Notes: generated by a model from the sequence alone, not told the origin. A stretch of 64,000 bases of DNA from a virus (IMGVR_UViG_3300006092_000356:10513-74512), one strand, 5' to 3'. Counted from the stretch's first letter, positions 27,409 to 37,159 are shown. Numbers and translations: made by a program.

Positions 27409-28455
27409 ATGGCGCTTTTAGTTGCTGACGGTTTTGACATTTACGCCGATATCGCTGACGTTCGCTCGTCGAATTGGATCAGCGAATCATCGTCTACTGC
27501 GCAGACGTTTTCCACGTCTCAAGGACGGTATGGTGGTGGTTGTTTGAAAAGCAACACCGCGCTGACCGGATGGTATATGGGCGGTTTCGATCTGGCTCCT
27601 GGTCAGACCATCATTATCGGTTTTCATTACTACATGGAGAATAGGGCAAGCAATGGAACAACTGACAAACTACTGCGTGGTTGGGTACGCGATGGTAGCA
27701 CTGCTTTATTCTACCTGGAGAATAACGCGTCTGGAGACCTGAAAGCGTTCAATCAGGCAGGTACTCAGGTAGGCTCTACTGCATCCGCTGCGTTGTCTGA
27801 CGCTTCTTGGCACTGGATTGAAGTGAAAGTGGTGCTAGGCACCAATGACAGTACAGGCTCGATTACCGTCAAAGTCAATGACGTGACGAAAATCACAGCA
27901 ACCAGCATTGACACATATTCGTCAGGCACACTTGCCTTCATTCAGTGGCTTGGTTCCGGTGGCGGATGGCGAATGGATGATGTGATCATCATGGATGGTA
28001 CGGGCTCGTACATGAATGACTTCCTTGGTGAAACGAAGATCGAAACGCTGATCCCGAACGCTGACGGTTCAAATACCGCATGGACCGCCTCGGCTGGTTC
28101 TGATTACCAGTGTGTCGATGATGGTTTAGGTGTTGCGAACGACGACACTGATTACATTGAGTCAAGTACGGCATCACAAAAGTCCGACTTCCAGTTCAGC
28201 AACTTGAATAACAACCCAACGGCAATCCATGCCGTGCAGGTTCGCGCCCGCGCTAAAAAGACAGACGCGGGTGCGCGATCATTACGCTCATTCATTACAT
28301 CGTCAGCTTCATCTGAAAACGGCACAACAATGGGCCTGACGACGAATTACGCGTGGCGGCGAAATGGTGTGCACTACCGTGACCCTAATGGTACGATAGC
28401 CTGGACAGGTGCTGCTGTGGACGCATTGAAAGCGGGCGTGGAGTTGACGACATGA
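27409..28455 (+). CDS. LamG/concanavalin-like virion protein; paralogue of 28609..29679
   Basis: W.WIEVKV, DD..IMDG.G, P.ADG....WTASAGS.YQC.DD shared with paralogue. Confidence 0.6.
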   Translation: MALLVADGFDIYADIADVRSSNWISESSSTAQTFSTSQGRYGGGCLKSNTALTGWYMGGFDLAPGQTIIIGFHYYMENRASNGTTDKLLRGWVRDGSTALFYLENNASGDLKAFNQAGTQVGSTASAALSDASWHWIEVKVVLGTNDSTGSITVKVNDVTKITATSIDTYSSGTLAFIQWLGSGGGWRMDDVIIMDGTGSYMNDFLGETKIETLIPNADGSNTAWTASAGSDYQCVDDGLGVANDDTDYIESSTASQKSDFQFSNLNNNPTAIHAVQVRARAKKTDAGARSLRSFITSSASSENGTTMGLTTNYAWRRNGVHYRDPNGTIAWTGAAVDALKAGVELTT

Positions 28456-28607
28456 CGGCAAGAGTAACACAACAGGTTCTAGTGGTGGCTTACACGACGA
28501 CGCCAGCGGCGCGCGTTACTGCCATGGCTGTAGAAGTCATCCGCTCTACTGGCGCTACAGCAGCCACAGGAAATAAACCAAACACCGTTATTGTGGCGAG
28601 TTCGTAA
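28452..28607 (+). CDS. 51-aa spacer protein (MTARVTQQVLVVAYTTTPAARVTAMAVEVIRS...)
   Basis: translated by hand; ATGA overlap upstream, 1 nt to next ATG; internal ARVT repeat. Confidence 0.6.
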   Translation: MTARVTQQVLVVAYTTTPAARVTAMAVEVIRSTGATAATGNKPNTVIVASS

Positions 28608-28608
28608 A

Positions 28609-29679
28609 ATGGCTCTAATCCTCATTGAAGAGTTCCGCCGGTACGCTGCCGTCGCTGACGTTGGCACGGACAATGACGACCTCACAACGCAGTGGTCTAT
28701 TGACGGCGGTATTGCGTTGTCTGCGTCTGGCGGGCGCTTTAGTGAGCAGGCGCTTGAAATCCAGGCTACGGGCCGCCAGGAGCTTATCCGCTTAGGTTCT
28801 GGTGCTGTCAGCGGTTCTACCTTAATCGTCGGTTTTGCATTGAAGTGGTCCGGTTCGCAGAGCGGTAACGTGGTGAGCCGCACCAATCTTCTTATCTGTC
28901 GTACTTCCGCTGCCTCTAACCATTGGACAGTGCAGATCGGTAATGGTGGAACTATTTACATCCTTAACTCCTCTGATACGATTGTGAAGGCTTATCCTAT
29001 GGCCATTCAATCGGGGTGCTGGCATTACATCGAGATCAAGGTGTCTATGTTGGACAGCGGTTCGTTCAACTTGAAGGTTGACGGTGAGCTTGTTGTTAAC
29101 GCGCTGTCTGGTGACTTTCGTTCTGGTACAGGGAACACGTCAAACATCGAGCAGCTTTCGTTCAGAGGAAACGAGAACAACACCTACATCAGCGATATCA
29201 TTGTAATGGACGGTAGCGGGGCGACATTCAATGACTATAAAGGTGATATGCGATACGAATGCGCGGTTCCTGACGCTGACGGCGGAACTTTACAATGGAC
29301 GGCTAGTGCAGGTTCGAATTTTCAGTGCATCGACGATGCCCTCGGAGCCTACAACGACGACACCGACTACATTAGCGAGGCTACAACTAACGATATCAAC
29401 CTCGCGTCTCACGGGACCATCAGCGCGACAAACGCAACGACGATCCACTTCGCGGCGTTGTTCGCGCTTGCGCGCTCGGACACGACAGGCGACAAGCTAG
29501 CTCTGGTCGCTAAGTCTGGTGGCACTACAGATGCCGGGGCCGACTTGGCGCTTAGCGGCACTACGTCAACTGCTTACCGTTGGCGAAAAAAGATTTGGGA
29601 GCAAGACCCCAACACGTCTTCGGCGTGGACTGTGTCCAATATTAATGCCGCAGAATGGGGATGTAAAAAACGAGTATAA
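28609..29679 (+). CDS. LamG/concanavalin-like virion protein; paralogue of 27409..28455
   Basis: WHYIEIKV, SDIIVMDGSG, PDADG....WTASAGSNFQCIDD. Confidence 0.6.
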   Translation: MALILIEEFRRYAAVADVGTDNDDLTTQWSIDGGIALSASGGRFSEQALEIQATGRQELIRLGSGAVSGSTLIVGFALKWSGSQSGNVVSRTNLLICRTSAASNHWTVQIGNGGTIYILNSSDTIVKAYPMAIQSGCWHYIEIKVSMLDSGSFNLKVDGELVVNALSGDFRSGTGNTSNIEQLSFRGNENNTYISDIIVMDGSGATFNDYKGDMRYECAVPDADGGTLQWTASAGSNFQCIDDALGAYNDDTDYISEATTNDINLASHGTISATNATTIHFAALFALARSDTTGDKLALVAKSGGTTDAGADLALSGTTSTAYRWRKKIWEQDPNTSSAWTVSNINAAEWGCKKRV

Positions 29680-29681
29680 AA

Positions 29682-30302
29682 ATGATAGCTAAAAATACTC
29701 CAGAAAACGTTTATAGTATGATAAGCATGCCGACCATGACAGGTTGTTGGTTGTGGAAGGGGTGTACCGTGAAAGGATACGGACACGTAGGGTACGAACG
29801 AAAGTACTATAGAGTACACAGGCTTATTTTTAGCTGGAACACGGGTAAACAAATACCAGACGGATGCGACTTGCACCATAAGTGTGGAAACAAAAGTTGT
29901 TGTAACCCTTTACATTTAGAAGTACTGACTAAATCCCAACATTCCAAGATACAACCGAGTACTACAAAAACACACTGTAAGCACGGTCACGTATACACAG
30001 AACAAAACACTGGAAGAACACGTGAAGGTCGTAGAAAGTGTATTACATGTTCACGGTTAAGAACCGAAAGGCGCGCGGCTTCGGGTGAATACAGAGTGAG
30101 CGGTAAAAAGTATTATAAACAAAATCGTGAAAAAGTTTTAGAACAAAACAAGGAATATTACAAAAATAATAGAGAAAGAGTTCTTGCTAGAGTACGCGCC
30201 TACGATGCAAAAAACATAACAAAAAGACGTGAACGTGATAAAGTACGTTATTACCTAAACAAAAAACAAAAAGAAACACAACATGACTACAACGTTCTTT
30301 GA
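29682..30302 (+). mobile_element. free-standing HNH homing endonuclease
   Basis: CWLWKG...GYG, VHRL, HHKCGNKSCCNPLHL, THCKHGH; AT-richer than flanks. Confidence 0.85.
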
Positions 30303-30912
30303 GACCCCACGTTTCCCCGATTCCGTGAGCGAAGGCGCTACAGGCGGTCCCGCGTTCAGTACGTCTGTGTTTGAAGCACACGCCGGGCTTGAGCAGCGTT
30401 CCGCTAACTGGAGCACAGCGCGGCACGTGTTCAACATTGGTCTAGGCATCAGAACGCGTGCTGACATGGACACCGTTCGCGAGATTTTCTATCTCGCACG
30501 CGGTAAGTATTCAGGTTTCCGTTTCAAGGACTGGTGTGATTACAAGATCACAAGCGGCAATATCGGCACAGGTAATGGCGCAACCACTGTTTATGACATT
30601 GTCAAGAAATATACTGTCGGATCGTACACATACACGCGTCGTATTTTGAAACCAGTTAGCGGGACGGTGAGCATTACTGTAAACGGCGTCGCTAAGACCG
30701 AAGGCGTAGACTACACAGTAGACTATACAACAGGGGAAGTCACGTTCAGCGTTGCTCCATCAAACGGACACGCAATTGTGATCACCTGTGAGTTTGATGT
30801 TCCTGTGCGCTTTGATACCGACGAAATGTTTCCTACACACGCAGGCTACGATTCAGAAGAAATGTCAAGCGTGAAGTTAATAGAAATTTTGTACGACGAA
30901 CTTGATTTCTAA
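30283..30912 (+). CDS. distal tail protein, DUF2460 family, copy 1
   Basis: F.E.PRFP, GGP.FST, G..SGFRFKDW.D, GTG.G.T..., EFDVPVRFDTD. Confidence 0.88.
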   Translation: MTTTFFETPRFPDSVSEGATGGPAFSTSVFEAHAGLEQRSANWSTARHVFNIGLGIRTRADMDTVREIFYLARGKYSGFRFKDWCDYKITSGNIGTGNGATTVYDIVKKYTVGSYTYTRRILKPVSGTVSITVNGVAKTEGVDYTVDYTTGEVTFSVAPSNGHAIVITCEFDVPVRFDTDEMFPTHAGYDSEEMSSVKLIEILYDELDF

Positions 30913-30981
30913 TTGACGGTGAATTGTCTTGCATGGTAAATCTAACGGTTCAACAAACGATAAGAAAACGAAGAGCCGTAC

Positions 30982-31605
30982 ATGGACGACTTTATTGAAA
31001 CTCCGCGTTTTGACGAAGATATTGCTTTTGGCTCTTCTGGCGGTCCTAGATTTAAGACCCCGGTTTTTGCGTCCGAAGGTCCGACTGAGGCGCGGGAACA
31101 GAACTTCACGTATTCGCGCGGGCGCTGGCAACTAGACAAGACTGTACGCGACACGCTTGACATGGATACCATCAGAGCCTTCTTTTTCAACGCGCGAGGG
31201 AAGGCGCGCGGTTTTCGTTTCAAAGACTGGTCTGACTTCTCTATGACTACCGAGAATATCGGTACTGGTGACGGCGCCACGACGGTGTTCAAGATCACAA
31301 AGAAGTATGGCTCTGGTGCGTACCAGTACACGCGGCGCATATTCAAGCCTGTGGCTGCTACCGTTCAGGTGTACGTCAACGGTGTGTTAAAGACTCTCAC
31401 AACACACTACACGCTTAATTCTGCGACAGGCACGATCACATTCACTGGCGGTAATACGCCTCCATTGGGGCACGCCGTTACCGTCACTTGTGAATTTGAT
31501 GTACCAGTGCGCTTCGACACGGATGACATGGTTGTGTCTGCTGACGTGTATGACACGCAGAATTGGAAGAACATTCCGATTGTCGAAATTCTAATCGACG
31601 AATAA
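30982..31605 (+). CDS. distal tail protein, DUF2460 family, copy 2
   Basis: FIETPRF, GGPRFKT, RG.ARGFRFKDWSD, EFDVPVRFDTD. Confidence 0.88.
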   Translation: MDDFIETPRFDEDIAFGSSGGPRFKTPVFASEGPTEAREQNFTYSRGRWQLDKTVRDTLDMDTIRAFFFNARGKARGFRFKDWSDFSMTTENIGTGDGATTVFKITKKYGSGAYQYTRRIFKPVAATVQVYVNGVLKTLTTHYTLNSATGTITFTGGNTPPLGHAVTVTCEFDVPVRFDTDDMVVSADVYDTQNWKNIPIVEILIDE

Positions 31606-31635
31606 TCCCTAAAAACAAGAACAAGGAGAAGTCCT

Positions 31636-34266
31636 ATGAAGGGACCAAGCAGCGCGTTTTCACGCGAAATCTATGAAATGAAGTACCTCAATCCTGGCGA
31701 GGATTTTGAAAGCGGTATGAAGCGCATTGCCAAGGCACTAAAGGATGACGAGGCCCACTACAAGGCGTTCAATGACATCCTGATGAACATGCGTTTTCTC
31801 CCTGGTGGACGTGTACAGTCAGCGATGGGCGCACCTAAGGACGTAACGCCTTATAATTGCCTATCAGGTGATGTTGAAATTCTGACGCGTGAGTATGGTG
31901 CAATACCTATTCGTGACGTTGCTGGACAGACTGTAACGTTGCTGGACGGGAACGGTGTTTGGGTTAAATGTCCTGTTTATGATCACGGTGAACAGATCAC
32001 TTATGCTCTAAAGTTTCAAGGAGGTTTCAATAGTGTGGAACTTCGTTCAACACTTGAGCACGGCTGGGTTTCAGGTGATACTATACTACGTACCAAAGCA
32101 TTCACGTATCCCAACGGAAAAAGGGAAATTGACGGACTTACGCCATCCACGAATATCGTAGATTACGAAAGCTACAGAAAAGGCATCGAGCATGGTATTG
32201 TTTATGGTGACGGCAGTGAGCAGGAAGGTCACTACAAGATCAGGTTGTGTGATGAAAAAATAGAATTACTCGAATACCTAGTGGCAGACAGTGTTACCCA
32301 ACCAAACTCAGCGGATGGTGATAAGGTTTGTCATTACCGCGCGTCTAAGAAACACCCCAATTTCAAACAGCTTCCAAACACAACTAACCTAGACTATTTA
32401 CGCGGGTTTTTTCGTGGGTGGATCGCCGTTGACGGATGTGTGTCATCGCAACCGGAGTTGTCTCTGTGTTGTGGTTCAGAAGAAGAAACATGGATCAAAA
32501 CGTGGGCACCGCTAATCGGTTGGCAAGTCGCAAACAGCACCCCGCTAGCAACTGAAACTAATTACGGCACGCGTAATAAAGATTCACGAAATTTGAGGTT
32601 CCGTTCAGCATGGTTGTCTGTAGATGACTTTATTAGAACAAAGCATAAAGAACGGTGGATTAATAAAACCAAGCGTGAAACAAACTGGAGAGTACACGGG
32701 TCTTACCACAGTCCGAGAGTTGAGCGTGTGTACTGTCCGGTTGTCCCTACCACACACTCATTCGCGTTAGCGTGTGGTGTTCACAGCATGAACTGCTTCG
32801 TGTCTGGGACCATTGAAGATAGCTTTACGGAAGGTGAAGGGAGTATTATGGCTCGCGCCACCGAAGCTGCTCAGACGATGCGCCTGGGTGGCGGAATTGG
32901 TTACGACTTCAGCGGTTTGCGTCCACGTAATACACTGATCAAGACCTTAGGGAGCAAAGCTTCCGGTCCCGTCAGTTTCATGAACATTTTCAACTCAGTT
33001 TGTGATACCGTGGCAAGCGCTGGGCATAGGCGTGGAGCACAAATGGGAGTTTTACGCGTCGATCACCCTGACATTGAGGAGTTTGTAGACGCTAAGACTG
33101 TTACAGGTAAACTCTCAGCGTTCAACATCAGCGTCGGTGTAACCGCACAGTTCATGGAATGCCTGGAAAACGGTAAGCCTTTCCCGCTTAGCTTTGAAGA
33201 CAAGATTGCCAAGGAAGTTGATGCTGCCGAGCTTTGGGAGAAGATTATGCTCAACACGTGGGATTGGGCTGAGCCGGGCGTGTTGTTTATTGACACCATC
33301 AATGACATGAACAATCTGTGGTATTGTGAAACAATCACGGCAACCAACCCGTGTGGGGAGCAACCGCTTCCTCCGTTTGGCGCGTGTCTGCTTGGCTCGT
33401 TCAATCTTACCAAGTATGTGACAAAGAGCAAAACATTTAACTACGATCAATTGATCCGTGATATCCCTCACGTAGTGCGTGCTATGGACAACGTTGTTGA
33501 CCGTGCAACATACCCGTTACCGCAGCAGGGGCGTGAGGCGCGCTCTAAGCGCCGTATGGGGCTGGGCGTCATGGGCCTAGCGAACGCGATTGAGGCTATG
33601 GGTCATCCATACGGCTCGGTTGCGTTCGTGGAAGTACAGACAAAAATCCTAGACACCATCAAGAACCATGTATACCTGGAAAGCGCAAAACTTGCCCAAG
33701 AGAAAGGGTCATTCGCGCTGTACAAGGAAGAGCACTACCTTAAGGGAAAGTTCATCAAAACACTTGACCCGGAAGTCCGTGTGGCCATCAAGGAATTTGG
33801 TATTCGCAACTCCCACTTGACTTCTATCGCGCCTACAGGAACGATCAGCCTCTGTGCTGACAACGTGTCGTCGGGAATTGAACCTGTGTTTGCACTAACA
33901 CTGGACCGTACAGTTAACACGCCAGAGGGACCTAAAGTTGAGACGCTAAAAGACTACGGGCTTAAGATGTTTGGCGTCACAGGTAAAGTGTCCAGTGATG
34001 TCACGGTCCCAGAGCACCTGCGTGTCCTGTTGGCTGCGCAGAAGCAGGTTGACAGCGCAGTCAGTAAGACATGCAACATTGGCGACGATGTTACGTTTGA
34101 TGAGTTCAAGAACGTATACAGGAAGGCTTACAACGGCGGTGCTAAGGGGTGTACGACGTTCCGTGCGGCTGGGAAGCGCATGGGTATCCTGGTGGCTAAG
34201 GAAGAGGAACCGTCGGGTGCATGCACATATGATCCTACAACTGGTATCAAGTCATGTGAAGGTTAA
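31636..34266 (+). CDS. nrdJ: class II (adenosylcobalamin-dependent) ribonucleotide reductase, intein-containing
   Basis: FLPGGR, NCFV, GGG.GYDFS.LRP, RRGAQM, TNPCGEQPL, SIAPTGTIS, Q..VDSAVSKT.N, C-terminal Cys pair. Confidence 0.92.
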   Translation: MKGPSSAFSREIYEMKYLNPGEDFESGMKRIAKALKDDEAHYKAFNDILMNMRFLPGGRVQSAMGAPKDVTPYNCLSGDVEILTREYGAIPIRDVAGQTVTLLDGNGVWVKCPVYDHGEQITYALKFQGGFNSVELRSTLEHGWVSGDTILRTKAFTYPNGKREIDGLTPSTNIVDYESYRKGIEHGIVYGDGSEQEGHYKIRLCDEKIELLEYLVADSVTQPNSADGDKVCHYRASKKHPNFKQLPNTTNLDYLRGFFRGWIAVDGCVSSQPELSLCCGSEEETWIKTWAPLIGWQVANSTPLATETNYGTRNKDSRNLRFRSAWLSVDDFIRTKHKERWINKTKRETNWRVHGSYHSPRVERVYCPVVPTTHSFALACGVHSMNCFVSGTIEDSFTEGEGSIMARATEAAQTMRLGGGIGYDFSGLRPRNTLIKTLGSKASGPVSFMNIFNSVCDTVASAGHRRGAQMGVLRVDHPDIEEFVDAKTVTGKLSAFNISVGVTAQFMECLENGKPFPLSFEDKIAKEVDAAELWEKIMLNTWDWAEPGVLFIDTINDMNNLWYCETITATNPCGEQPLPPFGACLLGSFNLTKYVTKSKTFNYDQLIRDIPHVVRAMDNVVDRATYPLPQQGREARSKRRMGLGVMGLANAIEAMGHPYGSVAFVEVQTKILDTIKNHVYLESAKLAQEKGSFALYKEEHYLKGKFIKTLDPEVRVAIKEFGIRNSHLTSIAPTGTISLCADNVSSGIEPVFALTLDRTVNTPEGPKVETLKDYGLKMFGVTGKVSSDVTVPEHLRVLLAAQKQVDSAVSKTCNIGDDVTFDEFKNVYRKAYNGGAKGCTTFRAAGKRMGILVAKEEEPSGACTYDPTTGIKSCEG
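31858..32793 (+). mobile_element. intein (312 aa) with LAGLIDADG homing endonuclease
   Basis: PYN|CLSGD...ACGVHSMN|CFVSG; endonuclease motifs GIVYGDGS and RGWIAVDGCV. Confidence 0.9.
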
Positions 34267-34297
34267 CCATACGCTTAACAGTTCATTGTTCTCTTTG

Positions 34298-34334
34298 TAC
34301 GCGCGTGTTAGACACTAACATGCGCGTATTTCTT
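34298..34334 (+). terminator. intrinsic terminator after nrdJ
   Basis: TACGCGCGTGTTAG-aca-CTAACATGCGCGTA then TTTCTT. Confidence 0.7.
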
Positions 34335-34351
34335 AACACGGAAAGAGTTTA

Positions 34352-34939
34352 ATGACAGTCCCGAAGAGCCGCTTTGCAACCAACGCCCCGTTTGCGCCGA
34401 TGATGGCGCCAAACCTCAAGTCCTTCAAGGACATCGTGTACCCTGTCCTTGTTCACCCGCGCGTAAAGGGTGAGCGCTGTATCATCAGGAACGGTACGCC
34501 GCTGACAAAGCGCCTTACTCCTGTTCCTAACCGAATGGTCCAAGAACAGTTGTCCGGCCTTCCTGACTTCGACGGTATGTTGCAAGTCATGTTCAGCGAT
34601 ACCGATGAGATGTATGGAAATCATCTTGTTAATGAACCGAACGCCAAGCTGTCTTTCGCGTTCGCTGTTTTTGACATTGTTGATACGTCCTTAGGGTACC
34701 GCAAGCGGCTGGCTAAGATCGAAGCCTCAAACCTTGGTACAGACACGGCGGTATCGAGTATCTTTGTTGTTGTTCCACAAGAGGTACACACAAAGACCGA
34801 GTTACAAGCTGTCGGAGATAAGTGGGCCGACACGGGTTACATTGATCTAGTAATCAGCGACCCGGATGCTCCATATCACCACGGGATGTGTCCGTACAAC
34901 TCTGGTATTCGCTATATCTGGAACATGGATAAGGTGTAA
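34352..34939 (+). CDS. ATP-dependent DNA ligase adenylation-domain homologue, catalytic residues lost
   Basis: PMMA..L, YP.LVHPRVKGERC (KxDG motif altered), FDGML, FAVFD, GYIDLVISDPDAPY; no OB domain. Confidence 0.7.
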   Translation: MTVPKSRFATNAPFAPMMAPNLKSFKDIVYPVLVHPRVKGERCIIRNGTPLTKRLTPVPNRMVQEQLSGLPDFDGMLQVMFSDTDEMYGNHLVNEPNAKLSFAFAVFDIVDTSLGYRKRLAKIEASNLGTDTAVSSIFVVVPQEVHTKTELQAVGDKWADTGYIDLVISDPDAPYHHGMCPYNSGIRYIWNMDKV

Positions 34940-34943
34940 GCCA

Positions 34944-35177
34944 ATGGCAAAACGAACAGTAGCAATAGATGATTATACAGAGTTCTGCGTCGTAGGGTTC
35001 AACAACGACATTTACGTCATTCCTAAAAACAAGTGCGCTGAGTGGTTGGCGTACATTGACAACGCCGACAACGGTGAGTACGAGTTCCCAATCTATGCTA
35101 AAACCGTGCGCGGATTTTTCAAGGTAACCGAGGCATGGATAAATGATGTTCACATTTCGGATTTTTACAACCAATGA
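34944..35177 (+). CDS. hypothetical protein
   Basis: AAGG RBS before ATG 34944. Confidence 0.6.
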   Translation: MAKRTVAIDDYTEFCVVGFNNDIYVIPKNKCAEWLAYIDNADNGEYEFPIYAKTVRGFFKVTEAWINDVHISDFYNQ

Positions 35178-35533
35178 CCGAATATCGACACAACGGCACC
35201 GATGTTTTGTGGTCTCGCGACGAAGCCCACAACCTTGCTATAATCGTTGAACACACAATCAAGGACCTTGGTGCACACGTTGCGCTCACGGGCGGGTGTC
35301 TGTATAAGATTGGCCTGCGTGATGACCTGGACCTTCTCTTTTATCGCGTGCGTCAAGCACCGTTCTTACAGGAGAAAGAGATTATCACTGCCTTACGCGG
35401 TTTAGGTTTTGACATAAAAGCACAGTACGGCTGGGTATATAAGGCAATTTACGAACACAAAAATGTTGACTTATTTTTCCCGGAGAACTACCCGTACGGT
35501 GCAGCTAATCAAGAGTTTTACAACAAGCGGTAA
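35174..35533 (+). CDS. minimal nucleotidyltransferase (Pol beta superfamily)
   Basis: LTGGCLY.....DDLDL and later VDL motif. Confidence 0.65.
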   Translation: MTEYRHNGTDVLWSRDEAHNLAIIVEHTIKDLGAHVALTGGCLYKIGLRDDLDLLFYRVRQAPFLQEKEIITALRGLGFDIKAQYGWVYKAIYEHKNVDLFFPENYPYGAANQEFYNKR

Positions 35534-35542
35534 GGATATAAC

Positions 35543-36433
35543 ATGACCCTGACAACAGCTAAAGTGATCGCAAAGACAATCGGCAACGCGGGCGCGGTAA
35601 TTACGACGTATGAGATTTATGCTCCGCGTTTGCTCCTGGCTGAGATCAACACGCATCGCGTGCTAGCCAAGAGCGCTGCCAGTTCACGCGCTATCCCTGT
35701 ATCAAAGCGTATTGACATGGTGACGGACTCGCCGTTCGTCCCTGAGACGTTTTCGAAGAACAAGAAGGGTATGGCGGCTGACGAAGTTCTCTCGCCGGAG
35801 AAGGACGCCCTGGCCAAGGAAATTTGGCTTACAGCGCGCGATGCTATGGTGGAAGCGGCAAGCGGGCTTGGAAAGCTTGATACACACAAGCAGCACGCTA
35901 ACCGCCTCCTGGAACCGTTTGCATACGTCCACGCGGTCATTACAGGTACTGAGTGGGACAACTTCTTCAAGCTCCGTATCAATCCGCAAGCGCAGCCTGA
36001 GTTTGATGAACTTGCCGGTATTATGAAGATGGCAGGTGACTGGCAAAAGCCTAAGGCATCAATATATCACTTGCCGTATACCGACAACTGTGATCCGATG
36101 CTTTCCATTGATAAACTGTTTTATGTGAGCGCTGCACGCTGTGCGCGTGTAAGCTATAAAACGTTTGACGGTGTGTTCAGCACCGTTGATGATGACATCA
36201 AATTGTGCAACCATCTCCTCGCAGAAGGGCACATGTCACCGTTTGATCACCCGGCAAACGCTGACCTTGTGTTTAGTGACGATGATGGCAGGCGCTGGTG
36301 GAACGCACCAAAGCGTCACCGTCAGTATTGGGGTTGGATTCCTTACCGTGACCACGTGGAGGACAACCTTGGTATGGTGTGTCGTCGTGATAGCTTTGCC
36401 GAAATCCCTGCGGAGAACTTCAGTCGTGGCTAA
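35543..36433 (+). CDS. thyX: flavin-dependent thymidylate synthase
   Basis: EINTHRVLAKSAASSRAIP, HKQ.ANRLLEPF, SAARCARVSY, HMSPFDH. Confidence 0.85.
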   Translation: MTLTTAKVIAKTIGNAGAVITTYEIYAPRLLLAEINTHRVLAKSAASSRAIPVSKRIDMVTDSPFVPETFSKNKKGMAADEVLSPEKDALAKEIWLTARDAMVEAASGLGKLDTHKQHANRLLEPFAYVHAVITGTEWDNFFKLRINPQAQPEFDELAGIMKMAGDWQKPKASIYHLPYTDNCDPMLSIDKLFYVSAARCARVSYKTFDGVFSTVDDDIKLCNHLLAEGHMSPFDHPANADLVFSDDDGRRWWNAPKRHRQYWGWIPYRDHVEDNLGMVCRRDSFAEIPAENFSRG

Positions 36434-36839
36434 TACGCCTTACAAAACTGAGTTTAAACGCTCCCTTTTCGCTGAAATATACTCGGGGGGCGCGACAGGA
36501 AGCAGTAAGTTTGGAGACGTACTGAGAAAAGAACACGTCGCTGACGCGTTCAAACTGTTGGACAACAACACTACAGTAACAGGTAGGTTCAAATACCTAG
36601 GGTTTGATTTTGCTACTGCGGACTACTGTAAACAAGACGTAATGTTGACCACGAAAAGTTACGTAATCAAAAGGCGCATAAAAGAAACCCTTGAGCGCGA
36701 ATATAAAGCGCGTAAAGAAAGAGAGAGGCTTGTTGAAGAACGAGCACGCGCACAAATAGCAGCAATCAAGGACGTGCTAGAGTGTATTGATCGAGGCATC
36801 AGAGACTACGACAACAAGGACAAAGCCGATGTACGATAA
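36426..36839 (+). CDS. hypothetical protein (GTG start)
   Basis: 3' part of track ORF 36165..36839. Confidence 0.5.
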   Translation: MANTPYKTEFKRSLFAEIYSGGATGSSKFGDVLRKEHVADAFKLLDNNTTVTGRFKYLGFDFATADYCKQDVMLTTKSYVIKRRIKETLEREYKARKERERLVEERARAQIAAIKDVLECIDRGIRDYDNKDKADVR

Positions 36840-37095
36840 AGCTTACGAGATTGACGAGAATGGGCAGACCTGGGACCGTACAGGCCAAGCCCGCTTGGCC
36901 TGTTTCCACTGTGCCAAGCGCGCACGAGATGAGTATGCCTTGACCATTCAGGACGACGCCCGGCGTGCCGCTTTCAATAAAGAGAGTGAGACCCTGTACA
37001 AGGAAGCCAAGGATTACATGCTCAAGATGGCCAAGCTGTCTCGCGACCACGACGAGGCGTACCGGAAGATTTTCGGTCACTACCCTCCTGTTTAA
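36829..37095 (+). CDS. hypothetical protein
   Basis: AAGGA RBS before ATG 36829. Confidence 0.6.
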   Translation: MYDKAYEIDENGQTWDRTGQARLACFHCAKRARDEYALTIQDDARRAAFNKESETLYKEAKDYMLKMAKLSRDHDEAYRKIFGHYPPV

Positions 37096-37127
37096 CCATA
37101 CCGTGCGTTCCTGCTTGATGGTGACGA

Positions 37128-37143
37128 GGAAAGCGGGCATGGT
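37128..37143 (+). promoter_or_regulatory. copy of motif GGTNNGCGGGCANGGT (1 mismatch) just upstream of tRNA-Leu
   Basis: GGA-AA-GCGGGCA-T-GGT. Confidence 0.55.
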
Positions 37144-37159
37144 GCGGACATGAACGAAT

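Noticed and set aside
34263-34278. CtrA box after nrdJ
   Set aside because: Spacing is TTAA-N8-TTAA, not N7; at most a half-site.
37096-37150. Structured ncRNA before tRNA-Leu
   Set aside because: The pairing is short and imperfect. The region is explained by the 16-bp motif and tRNA leader.
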